Assembly: GCA_964430695.1 (NCBI GenBank)
Contig: CAYSFO010000002.1
Location: forward strand, 1 to 60,281
Reading direction: 5' to 3'
DNA: 60,281 nt
Origin: an uncultured Muribaculaceae bacterium
Lineage (GTDB): Bacteria > Bacillota_I > Bacilli_A > RF39 > UBA660
Shown: piece after piece, positions 38,048 through 46,919 of the stretch
How the letters are laid out: each line of letters opens with the position of its first letter
How positions within the stretch are numbered: the stretch's first letter is position 1
Translations under genes and position numbers: made by a program
The notes under the pieces: model-generated
Told to the model about the DNA's origin: nothing
The model's input: only the letters and a program-made list of their open reading frames with translations
The model's database searches: none

Positions 38048-38902
38048 TTAAGACCTAAATAGACTTTCAATTTCCAAACCAAATAAATAAATATAATAAA
38101 ATATTCTTAAAATAAATAATTTAAAAACATTCATTTCATTGACATACTTCTCATAATAGTATTGACTCTCTTTTAATATTTTAAATTTATTTATTCTATT
38201 TATATTTTTATCTACACTTTGTGATAAAGCATGAATAACGTGTACTCGGTTATCGACATAAGTAGCAAAGCCTGCTTCTTTTAGCTTTTTTCCTAAAATA
38301 TTTTCTTCATAATATAAAAATGTATTTTCATCAAAAAGACCAATTGCTTCTACTACTTCTTTTTTTATTATAAAAAAACATCCTTTTACTACATCCACTT
38401 TTGTTAAATCCGTTTCGTAATCTTCTTTTTTATAACTTAAAATCGTAGTCTCAAAAGCTCTAAAAAATGGAATATTAGCAATTAATTCTGATATAAAGGT
38501 TGGTAATTTCCATCCTCTTGAAATACTTTTAGGTTCTTTTATTACGGGAGCAATTACAGCAATATCTTTTCTTTCTAAATCACTCACTAAAGTTTGAATC
38601 TCTTTTTCTGCTACAATAATATCAGGGTTTGAAATGATAATGTTATCCACTTCATAATTATCGATTAAATACTTGATTCCTACATTGTTACCAGCAGCGT
38701 AGCCTTTATTTTCTTTTGCTTCTACAATTTTAATTTTTTTGTTTTCAAATTTCTTTAATTTTGCAACTGAATCATCTGTACTTTTATTATCCACTACAAT
38801 AATATAGTTTAAGACTTTATATTTTTTTATATCTTCTAATATTAGTGCTGTATTTTCGCTATCATTATAGTTTAATATTACAATTCCATTTTTCATATTC
38901 AA
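38048..38902 (-). CDS. GT2 family glycosyltransferase
   Basis: 284 aa. GIVILNYNDSENT...VVDNKSTDDS motifs. Confidence 0.85.
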   Translation of the reverse strand: MNMKNGIVILNYNDSENTALILEDIKKYKVLNYIIVVDNKSTDDSVAKLKKFENKKIKIVEAKENKGYAAGNNVGIKYLIDNYEVDNIIISNPDIIVAEKEIQTLVSDLERKDIAVIAPVIKEPKSISRGWKLPTFISELIANIPFFRAFETTILSYKKEDYETDLTKVDVVKGCFFIIKKEVVEAIGLFDENTFLYYEENILGKKLKEAGFATYVDNRVHVIHALSQSVDKNINRINKFKILKESQYYYEKYVNEMNVFKLFILRIFYYIYLFGLEIESLFRS

Positions 38903-39141
38903 CCTCTGTATTTATTTTACCACAATTTCACATAAATAAAAGCGTTACAAGAGAAAAGAAAAATATAATTGGAGGTTTATTAAATGTATTATTTTATGAT
39001 ACTAACCTCTCTATTAGAAAGTCACAATGTGTGACAAGTAATTTGATTTTAAACAAATAAAAAAACTTAGAGAGTATCTAAGAAATTTCATATAAATAAA
39101 AAAGACCATAATTTTATCAAATAAAATCACGGCTTTAATAT

Positions 39142-39516
39142 TTATCTACGCATATCATTTGCTTCTTCCAACGGATCAATGTGTTGATACATCTCTTCTG
39201 GCATAGGACTTAAAGCAAATGAGTCTCCAAAAACTCTTTTTTGTCCATCTAAATATTCTTTTGCTTCTTGTTCATTATTTATAATTGCATCCTGTCCCAC
39301 ACCATTTAATTAAGGATATCTTCCTAATACATATGATTGAGCAATTCTCATTACACGAGGGATTTGATGTGAATATATTGTATCATTTGATAAATAATTT
39401 AAAATTTTATACACATTATCCATATCAGTCAGTAATCGCCCACTTGTAATAGTTAAAACTGTTCCCAAATCAAAATTTTTTTCGTTCATATTAACCTCTT
39501 TTTTATATAATATCAT
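39142..39516 (-). pseudogene. small conserved-looking gene interrupted by an in-frame TAA
   Basis: The ORF at 39313-39516 (FDLGTVLTITSGRLLTDMDNVYKILNYLSNDTIYSHQIPR...) stops at TAA 39310-39312. The same frame then stays open for 55 more codons to TAA 39142-39144. Confidence 0.45.
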
Positions 39517-39663
39517 ATATTTTTGAATTTTTTTATAAAATTTAATTTAATTTTCTTGATTCTATTTTTTTGTTCCAATTTGACTTGTAGCAACTTTATT
39601 TATAATAAAAAAGGAAATTGCAAATTTACGGTGTATATATGTTAATAGGAGGTTAAAAAAATC

Positions 39664-40518
39664 ATGGAGGACAAAGATAAAAAATTCTACACTGCTCGTT
39701 CCGATAGAGGTTTTAAAGAAATATTTTTAAAAGAAACAAATCGTGATCTTTTAATAAAACTATTAGAAACTATTTTGCATGTAGAAATACATTCCGTCGT
39801 AGAAGAAAATATTGAAAGGAATCAAAGAAATTTAGGAGTTAGAAGAAAAAATCTAGATGTTTTAATAGATACAAATCAAGGATTAATTGGCATTGAAGTG
39901 AATTCTTACTATAAAGACTATTTACATGTTAGAAATTTTGCATTTCTATGTGATATTTATTCGCATTATACATTAGTTGGTGAAGAATATACAGAAGATA
40001 TTCAAATTATGCAAATTAATTTTTCTTACGACATTGGGAATAAAGATAATAAATTGTTTAGAGAGTATTATGTTCAAGATAACGAACAAGAAAAATTTGT
40101 GAATAATTGTACAATTCTAGAACTGAATATGGACAACATTATGAAATTTTGGTATTCTAAGGACAAGAAAAAGATAAATGAGTATAAGTATTTAATTATG
40201 TTAGATTTAGAATTAAATGACTTAAAACGTTTATCAAATAATGATAAGTTGGTGAATAAATTTATGGATAATTTAGAAGAATTAAATGAAGACCCAGTAT
40301 TTCGCGAATATATGACTAAAGAAGAAGACATGAGAAAGTGTCATAATTCAGATTTAAGAATCGCACGTGAGGAAGGTATTAAAGAAGGAACTAAACAAGC
40401 AAATGTGGAAACGGCTAAGAAAATGATTTCTAAAGACAAAACTATTGAAGAAATACAAGAATTTATTGATTTATCTCTTGAGGAAATTGAAAAGCTAAAA
40501 GAAAACTTGTCTGCATAA
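39664..40518 (+). CDS. Rpn-family / PD-(D/E)XK nuclease-type putative transposase
   Basis: 284 aa. N-terminal ...RSDRGFKEIF...LDVLIDTNQGLIGIEVN... nuclease-core pattern and a C-terminal helical repeat (EGIKEGTKQANVETAKKMI...EEIQEFIDLSLEEIEKL) typical of this family. TTGACT-17-TAATAA promoter upstream. Confidence 0.7.
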   Translation: MEDKDKKFYTARSDRGFKEIFLKETNRDLLIKLLETILHVEIHSVVEENIERNQRNLGVRRKNLDVLIDTNQGLIGIEVNSYYKDYLHVRNFAFLCDIYSHYTLVGEEYTEDIQIMQINFSYDIGNKDNKLFREYYVQDNEQEKFVNNCTILELNMDNIMKFWYSKDKKKINEYKYLIMLDLELNDLKRLSNNDKLVNKFMDNLEELNEDPVFREYMTKEEDMRKCHNSDLRIAREEGIKEGTKQANVETAKKMISKDKTIEEIQEFIDLSLEEIEKLKENLSA

Positions 40519-40623
40519 AAAAGAAAAGCAAATAGAGACTTCCTTTATTCATCAATAGTTAAGATAAATTTTAAGAAGAATATGAATAAAGTTAGTTTTC
40601 TTCTTTCTTTTTTAATTCTTCTT

Positions 40624-41826
40624 TTAATTATTTTCGTTATTTTTTACTCTATTCAATAAAAATAAAAGAGCAACATAAATAGCTACCATAGGTTGTATTA
40701 GTACATGGCCTGAAAATAAAGACATAAGAACAAATAAAACAAAGCTAAATCTGTAATATCCATTTAGTTTAATCTTTTTAAGGCTTGGGGCTAAAAGAGT
40801 AATCCATACCAAAAATCCTAGAATACCAATACTATAAAAAATATCAAATATATCTATTTCTATATCTTTTAAAACCGTCACCGTGTCTTCTCCTAAACCA
40901 AAAACCATTCCTAGCGCATTTTGATTCCTATAATTTTCATGTACATTTTTTAAGAAAGATAGTCGCATAGAAAAGATAATTTTATCTATCGAATCAATAC
41001 ATAAAGCATCTTTTACCGTATAAATTTCATGATAATTTAAAGTAACTTGCAAATTATTATACACAGGAAGTTTTGGGATCAAAATTACTCCTATTCCCAT
41101 CCCAAATACTATCGTAATACAAAGCAAGATCTGGCTACTTTTCTTCCAGGTTTTAAATTTTAAAATTATGAATCTTAATAAATACAATCCTAGTACCAAA
41201 ATCACTCCAAGAAACATTGTTTTTGTACTTAGTAATACAGTTACACCAAAGAGTTCAAGAAAAAATAGAACTTTTAACAATTTACTTTTATTCTGTATGA
41301 TGTAGTTGTAAACAATAGGCAAAAGTCCTAACAAAATGGCACTAATTTCATTTCCCGCATAAAATAACCCTATATATCCTCTTTTATCATCAGCAGCCGC
41401 ATATATATCAAATCCAATTCCTAAAAAGTAAGGAATTATAATTAAATTTAAATAAATAAAATATAAAATTGTTATCAATTTATCATCTATTGTTTTATTA
41501 CTATATTGATTAAAAAATAAGATTAATAAAGGCAAGTAAAAGATTTTAATAATGTTAAATATTTCTGTAAGTAAATGATTTTCTGTAAAAAATATAGTAT
41601 ACATCATAGCTAAAAAGGAATAGAGTAAAAATATAAATAATAATTTTCTATTTTCTTTCTTTTTAAACAAATAAATAAAAATAATAAAAAGAAAGAACCC
41701 TCTTATAAGAGTACCGATAGAGAAAAAATTTAGATTATTTCTAATTTGCAAGGAAGTAATTACATCTAATACAGGTTGTAAAAACAAAAAGATGATTAAG
41801 CATTTATTTAATTTTTCTTTATTCAT
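40624..41826 (-). CDS. O-antigen ligase/polymerase-like (Wzy-type) membrane protein
   Basis: 400 aa, about 10-12 TM helices. Clearly paralogous to the N-terminal half of the 745-aa protein at 43791-46022. Confidence 0.55.
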   Translation of the reverse strand: MNKEKLNKCLIIFLFLQPVLDVITSLQIRNNLNFFSIGTLIRGFFLFIIFIYLFKKKENRKLLFIFLLYSFLAMMYTIFFTENHLLTEIFNIIKIFYLPLLILFFNQYSNKTIDDKLITILYFIYLNLIIIPYFLGIGFDIYAAADDKRGYIGLFYAGNEISAILLGLLPIVYNYIIQNKSKLLKVLFFLELFGVTVLLSTKTMFLGVILVLGLYLLRFIILKFKTWKKSSQILLCITIVFGMGIGVILIPKLPVYNNLQVTLNYHEIYTVKDALCIDSIDKIIFSMRLSFLKNVHENYRNQNALGMVFGLGEDTVTVLKDIEIDIFDIFYSIGILGFLVWITLLAPSLKKIKLNGYYRFSFVLFVLMSLFSGHVLIQPMVAIYVALLFLLNRVKNNENN

Positions 41827-41841
41827 AAAATACCGCCACTC

Positions 41842-43695
41842 CTATAAACTTTCTATTCTTTTTAATATCAGTTGATTATTCTCAATAACTATTTCATACA
41901 ACGTTTTTTCTTGTATGGAATCATTTGTTAAAAAATGATATGCATTCATAAACTCTTCATCAATAGTAAAAGTATACAAATACTTATACTTTTTCATATT
42001 ATCATAATAAGCACTATAAAACAGTTCTTCTGTACTCCCACCATTCGTGAGAAGCGTATAATCTGCTCTATTTGTACTTACTTTATTAGAAAAGTAATTG
42101 ATAAAGTACATTGCACCATTTTTCTCTACTTGATCTATTATGTATACTTTATCTAATTCCTTTGCATATTGATCAATGAATTCGCTAGCCTGTTTATATT
42201 CATCAAAATCATGATTATTTAGTAAAATTAAATCTGGTCTTATTTTAGCATAAGCCATTGGTTCTATTACAATAGCTATAGCAAAAATTATTACAATGTA
42301 TCGTAATTGCTCTTTTGTTTTTAAATTATTAAATTTTATATAAATAAAGAATAGGGTATAAAAACAAATTAAAATGTATGTTGACATATATCGATCAAAA
42401 GAAGCAAGTATTGGCCCTTCATATTCTCCAAACGAATAAACATATAAAAGTAGCATTAATAACATATAGCCAAAGAATCCAAGAAATAACGTAATACTTA
42501 AAGCAATCATATTTTTTATTTTTATTTTTTCTTTCAATTTCTTATACAATATATAAATTGTAAATAATAAGACGATTCCAAATTGAATATAACTCATTTG
42601 TACTTTAGAATTTAGAATTGATTTATTAAAAATAGCATACGAATAATTCTTAATCGTTTCTCTTTGCCAATCTTCTCCACTACTTCCTTTAGCAATGGAT
42701 AAAAAGGTACTTGGATTCATATCACTTATATTAAATTGTCTTTGTATTCCTAAATGATTTATGTAATTATTCCATAAAAACAAACTAGCTAAAGGCAAGA
42801 TAATAAGTAACAAACAGGTTATAAAAATTCGTTTATAATTCCATTTGTATTTGTTCATAACTGCGTGAATAATGAACAAAAATAAAATCATTAAATAAAA
42901 AGCAATCGCTACTTGTTTTAATAACAATAAAAATATACAAGAAATAGAGAAAAGAATGATTTCTATCCAATTAAATTCATGATTTTTAAAAATATGAAAT
43001 AATAAGTAAGCCACAAAAAATGCAAGGACATAATCTGTATAAATGCTGTTAATTACAATCGCCGTATCAAAAAGTAATGTTAATAAATACATAAGAATTA
43101 GAGAAATACTTGTCTTAAAAATTGCTTCTTTATAAGTACATTTTTCATATTGTAAACAAGATAAAATCAAACTACCTTCGAATAAATGCATACATCTTAT
43201 TAAATATACCTCTCGAAATTTCCCTGATAAAATCGTATAGAACAGTTCCATTAAACTCATGATTGGAGGATAGTCTTTGTGGACAAGTAAATTAGAAGTT
43301 TCTACAGAATAAAAACTATTTAATCGAAACATTTCTTTGACCATTTTTCCCCAATGAGATAATTCATCCCAGTGCGTAAAGAATCGGTTGAAATCAAAAA
43401 GAAATACAATAAAATAAAGAAGGAGAAAAGCAAATACTCCTTTAGTAATATATTTTTCTTTTATTGTTTTTAAACTTTCTTTCTTTATAAGAATTTTTAT
43501 TGGAAATAAGAAAGAAAATAAAATACATGCAAAAAATCCTATATAAAATGTTTTAAATAAAAATTGACTTAAAAATAAAACAAGAGCACTAATAATAAAA
43601 GTGAAAGGTAATACTCTTTCAAATTTTGTTTTCATAAGGGACATTAAAGAATAAGTAAAAAACAAAATGTACAATAAAGGAAAAAGAAATCCCAT
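41842..43695 (-). CDS. polytopic membrane protein with C-terminal soluble domain (possible GT-C-like)
   Basis: 617 aa with many TM helices and an HWDELSHWGK motif after TM3. No confident family assignment. Confidence 0.45.
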   Translation of the reverse strand: MGFLFPLLYILFFTYSLMSLMKTKFERVLPFTFIISALVLFLSQFLFKTFYIGFFACILFSFLFPIKILIKKESLKTIKEKYITKGVFAFLLLYFIVFLFDFNRFFTHWDELSHWGKMVKEMFRLNSFYSVETSNLLVHKDYPPIMSLMELFYTILSGKFREVYLIRCMHLFEGSLILSCLQYEKCTYKEAIFKTSISLILMYLLTLLFDTAIVINSIYTDYVLAFFVAYLLFHIFKNHEFNWIEIILFSISCIFLLLLKQVAIAFYLMILFLFIIHAVMNKYKWNYKRIFITCLLLIILPLASLFLWNNYINHLGIQRQFNISDMNPSTFLSIAKGSSGEDWQRETIKNYSYAIFNKSILNSKVQMSYIQFGIVLLFTIYILYKKLKEKIKIKNMIALSITLFLGFFGYMLLMLLLYVYSFGEYEGPILASFDRYMSTYILICFYTLFFIYIKFNNLKTKEQLRYIVIIFAIAIVIEPMAYAKIRPDLILLNNHDFDEYKQASEFIDQYAKELDKVYIIDQVEKNGAMYFINYFSNKVSTNRADYTLLTNGGSTEELFYSAYYDNMKKYKYLYTFTIDEEFMNAYHFLTNDSIQEKTLYEIVIENNQLILKRIESL

Positions 43696-43741
43696 AAGAT
43701 CACATCCGCTTAAATTGTAGCATTCGCTATATTAAATGTAA

Positions 43742-43771
43742 AGAAAAAAGAAAGTCGCTTTAAAGGACTTT
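43742..43771 (-). terminator. intrinsic terminator after the Wzy-like/GT4 fusion gene
   Basis: AAAGUC-N9-GACUUU followed by CUUUUUUCU. A TTTACA-17-TACAAT promoter follows for the next gene. Confidence 0.45.
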
Positions 43772-43790
43772 GCTTAACATCTAAATCTAT

Positions 43791-46022
43791 CTATTTTTGA
43801 AAAACTTTGATTATACTATCTTTTGTATTTTGTAAGCTAAATTCTTCACTCGTAATACGTGCTTCTTTTATAAGCCTATTTTTATCTTTCTTTTTCATAT
43901 TTAATACTTCTTCTATTTTTATAGACAATTCTTTGTAATCATCTGCATGAAATAGTAAACCATTCTTATTCTCTTCTAAATAATGGCTAAACTTGTCGCT
44001 AGCAATTACTAAGGTTTGACAAGCCATTACCTCTAAACATGTAAGTTCTAGACTCTCACTTTTCTTTTTCGAAGGAAAAATAAAAGCTTCTACACTATTA
44101 TAAATATTGACTAAATCGTCTTGCTCCGCAAATGGTTTTCTTTCTATTCTTTTTTGTAATCTATATTTTTGAATCAATTCATTTAATGTTTCTTCTTCTT
44201 TTCCACTTCCTATAATTAAGAATTTAATATCTTTTAATTCTTTCTTTTTATTTAACTTATTAATCGCTTGGATGAAAGTATCATATCCCATCTCTTTTTC
44301 AATAGGAAAGATATAGCCGAAATATTTTATTTTTCCATCCAAACCTGCTTTTTTCTTTGCCGTTCTTTTCTCTAATTTTATAAATTTTCCTGTGTCAACT
44401 CCATCTATTGCATAAACAACGATTTTATTTTTTGGCATGTGATACTCTTTCATTAAAGCTTTTTCACAATCTTTTGAAGGAGTTACAACCATATCTGCAT
44501 GTTTTAAGAAAAATTTATTAAGTCTTAGATCCTTTTCTGATGCAGCGACCATATTATTTTTGGAAATATTTAAAACAAGTTTAGTATTTTTCGAAGTCAT
44601 TATTGGAACGATTACTCCAGTTGTTGCATGTGAAATAAAAGGGACATAAATATAATCATAGTTTTCAAATAATGCTTTTAAAAATGAAATTCCATATAAT
44701 TTTACATAAGAAATAAATTTCTTTAAATTTCCTTCTATTTTGGGTATAGCTACCAAATCAACGACGAAATCATTTCCATTCAATACCTCATATGTATTTT
44801 TTACAAATAGACCATACTCTGTATATTCTTTACTCGGATATATACTACTTACCATTAAAATATCTTTTTTCATACGCCCATTATCGTTTTTAGAAACTAA
44901 ACATAATAAAGCTAAAAAAGTAGACACAAATGGACTCATGAATACATGTCCCATAAAGAAAGCTATAAGAAATAATAAAGCAAAAGTATACTTATAGTCG
45001 TTTTTTAATTGCATATTTTTTAAAACATAAACAAAGAAAATCAAATAGAAAAGCATACCAATCATTCCGATTGTATAAAAAATTGTAAAGATGTCCATTT
45101 CTATCTTTGGAATACTTTCTAATTTTGTATGACTAAAGCCCAACATTTTTTCTAAAGAATTTCCATTTAAATATACTTGATTTACGTCTTGTAATCTAGA
45201 AAATCGACCATGAAAAATGATATTATCAATATTTTCCTGTTGATTTAATGGTATCGTAAAATTAGGAATATCTATTTTTGGAAGATAAACAAGAATTGAG
45301 GAAAAAATAACTGCTATAAAAAGTAAAGACTCTAGATAATTCTTTTTTATAAATAAAACTATTTTTTCTCTCTTTGTAATAAGGAAATAAAGTAATAATG
45401 CGATTATACTTAAATAAAGTGTTTTTGTTCCCATAACAAAGAAAGCTAGTAGAATAAGTATAGTATAAATACCTTTTAACAAATAGCTATTACTTTCTAC
45501 CAAGTAAGCAAAAGCAATTGGTAAAAGAATAATAAATACATTTGTAAGTTCATTCCCTTCATGAAAATAAGAGATATATAAATTATTAGCAGGAATTATT
45601 TTATTCATATTATGCCCCACTCCTATAAAATAAGGGATTAAACATAATAGTAAATAGAATAAAAAGACAATTGTAAGTGTTTTTTTAGTTATTTTTTCAT
45701 TTTTATAATTTGTAAAAAATAGAATTAAAATTGGTAGATAAAAAATCTTGATTACATTTATAATATTCGAAAAAAAATTTACATTCATAGTTAACGTGTG
45801 AATACAATAAACAACAAAATAAATTCCTAAAAATGCAAAGATTTTTCTATGCGATGTATCTTTTAACAAATAAAGAACTGCATATCCTAAAAAAATCCCT
45901 TTAATGAATAATTCTATAGGAATACTTAATCCATTCCAGGTACAAATTGCTGCGAAAAAGTCTATAAATGGTAATAGCAAAATAAAGATATGCATAATAT
46001 TTAATTTTTTTAATTTTGTCAT
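43791..46022 (-). CDS. fusion protein: N-terminal Wzy/O-antigen-ligase-like membrane domain + C-terminal GT4 glycosyltransferase
   Basis: About 743 aa. TM-rich N-terminal ~380 aa, then a GT-B module ending ...FPSKKKSESLELTCLEVMACQT (E-x7-E). Start set at the ATG at 46022, 7 nt after GAGGTG. Confidence 0.75.
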   Translation of the reverse strand: MTKLKKLNIMHIFILLLPFIDFFAAICTWNGLSIPIELFIKGIFLGYAVLYLLKDTSHRKIFAFLGIYFVVYCIHTLTMNVNFFSNIINVIKIFYLPILILFFTNYKNEKITKKTLTIVFLFYLLLCLIPYFIGVGHNMNKIIPANNLYISYFHEGNELTNVFIILLPIAFAYLVESNSYLLKGIYTILILLAFFVMGTKTLYLSIIALLLYFLITKREKIVLFIKKNYLESLLFIAVIFSSILVYLPKIDIPNFTIPLNQQENIDNIIFHGRFSRLQDVNQVYLNGNSLEKMLGFSHTKLESIPKIEMDIFTIFYTIGMIGMLFYLIFFVYVLKNMQLKNDYKYTFALLFLIAFFMGHVFMSPFVSTFLALLCLVSKNDNGRMKKDILMVSSIYPSKEYTEYGLFVKNTYEVLNGNDFVVDLVAIPKIEGNLKKFISYVKLYGISFLKALFENYDYIYVPFISHATTGVIVPIMTSKNTKLVLNISKNNMVAASEKDLRLNKFFLKHADMVVTPSKDCEKALMKEYHMPKNKIVVYAIDGVDTGKFIKLEKRTAKKKAGLDGKIKYFGYIFPIEKEMGYDTFIQAINKLNKKKELKDIKFLIIGSGKEEETLNELIQKYRLQKRIERKPFAEQDDLVNIYNSVEAFIFPSKKKSESLELTCLEVMACQTLVIASDKFSHYLEENKNGLLFHADDYKELSIKIEEVLNMKKKDKNRLIKEARITSEEFSLQNTKDSIIKVFQK

Positions 46023-46186
46023 ATCCATTCACCTCGTTCTTTTTTATTATAACGTATAATGTCGAAAAAATAAATTCTTTACAATTTATCTAAACTGCAA
46101 ATTTTTAAGTACGAATTAAGAGAATTGTTTTAAGCAAATTTTAAAAATGAAAAACTTTTCTTATTCTAATTTTTAAAATTCGTAAT

Positions 46187-46215
46187 TTGTTTTTGTTTTT
46201 AAAAATTGCTATCTT
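46187..46215 (+). promoter_or_regulatory. promoter of peptide gene B
   Basis: TTGTTT (46187-46192), 17 nt, TATCTT (46210-46215). Predicted start G46222 (GCGAGG...). Confidence 0.45.
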
Positions 46216-46283
46216 GTTATTGCGAGGCGCAATGTACTAGCGTTTGCCACCTTAAAAGCAAAAATGAAACGAGGTGGTTACTT

Positions 46284-46352
46284 ATGAAGAAAAAGGATTT
46301 TTTAATCACTGCTCTTCTTGTAATAATTATTCTATTAATCATTTTTGATTAA
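46284..46352 (+). CDS. 22-aa hydrophobic peptide, candidate type I toxin (copy B)
   Basis: MKKKDFLITALLVIIILLIIFD. SD GAGGTGG (46271-46277). 18 of 22 residues identical to copy A. Confidence 0.6.
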   Translation: MKKKDFLITALLVIIILLIIFD

Positions 46353-46366
46353 TTTATAACTCTTTA

Positions 46367-46379
46367 GGGGGTTTTGGAA
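46367..46379 (+). repeat. GGGGGTTTTGGAA motif, copy 2 of 3
   Basis: Exact 13-mer at the same position relative to the peptide stop codon as in copy A. Confidence 0.8.
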
Positions 46380-46447
46380 TAAAAAAAACACTATCCTGTA
46401 AAAGGAAAGTGCCAGCTTTGGCAAGCATTTATACAAGTGTCTCGCTT
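46380..46447 (-). ncRNA. candidate antitoxin sRNA B (~68 nt)
   Basis: Minus-strand promoter TTTACA-17-TATTAT (46482-46454). Start A46447 (AAGCGAGACAC...). Terminator CACUUUCC-N7-GGAUAGUG (46411-46389) plus a U8 run. Confidence 0.5.
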
Positions 46448-46469
46448 AAATAAATAATAATATAATTTG

Positions 46470-46919
46470 CTATAAATGTAAAGGTGCTGAAGATATCTTT
46501 TTCTTTTTAAACACAAATATTTTACTAAAAATGTAGTTAGCAATCGTTACAACCGCTTGGCTTATCAATTTTCCAATCGTGTCACTTCCTGATAAAAGTG
46601 TGACATAAACAAACATGATTGCCATATCCATTAAAAGCGTCAGGATACGGGAAGCAAAAAAACTTATCACTTCTTTTAAATAATGATTGGATTTACTTTT
46701 GAATACAAAAATACGATTTGTTATATAAGCAAAAGTTACTGCAAAAAGCCAAGATATAATATTTGCCACTTGTATTTCTAAAGCATTTTTAGGATCTAAG
46801 AAAGTATGGACACAAATAAAATAAGTTGCTAAACTAACAATCGTTGTTAAAACTCCAACAATAAGATAATTAACTATTTCTTCATATTTTTTATATATGC
46901 TTTTTACTTTTTGAAACAT
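46470..46919 (-). CDS. gtrA: GtrA family membrane protein
   Basis: 149 aa with 4 TM helices. ...VNYLIVGVLTTIVSLATYF... N-terminus typical of GtrA-like proteins. Overlaps the 3' end of the TagO gene. Confidence 0.85.
   Translation of the reverse strand: MFQKVKSIYKKYEEIVNYLIVGVLTTIVSLATYFICVHTFLDPKNALEIQVANIISWLFAVTFAYITNRIFVFKSKSNHYLKEVISFFASRILTLLMDMAIMFVYVTLLSGSDTIGKLISQAVVTIANYIFSKIFVFKKKKISSAPLHL

Noticed and set aside
38984-39034. 16-codon ORF (MYYFMILTSLLESHNV) with a GGAGG SD, ending in the GTCACAatgTGTGAC palindrome
   Set aside because: It occurs only once, is very short, and has no convergent sRNA or conserved flanks like the three modules. It could be a leader peptide, but there is insufficient evidence.
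39310-39312. TAA stop-codon reassignment or programmed read-through
   Set aside because: TAA terminates highly conserved genes in the same window at the expected protein ends (e.g. rpsO at 295-297). A nonsense mutation is the simpler explanation.
40543-40591. 10-bp inverted repeat CTTTATTCAT/ATGAATAAAG as possible IS terminal repeats
   Set aside because: Both arms lie on the same side of the Rpn gene and no matching repeat lies upstream of it. It is more likely a long-loop terminator or coincidental in AT-rich DNA.
46264-46287. 7-codon upstream ORF (MKRGGYL) overlapping the start of peptide gene B
   Set aside because: It has no SD, it contains the SD of the main ORF, and it is not present in module A.
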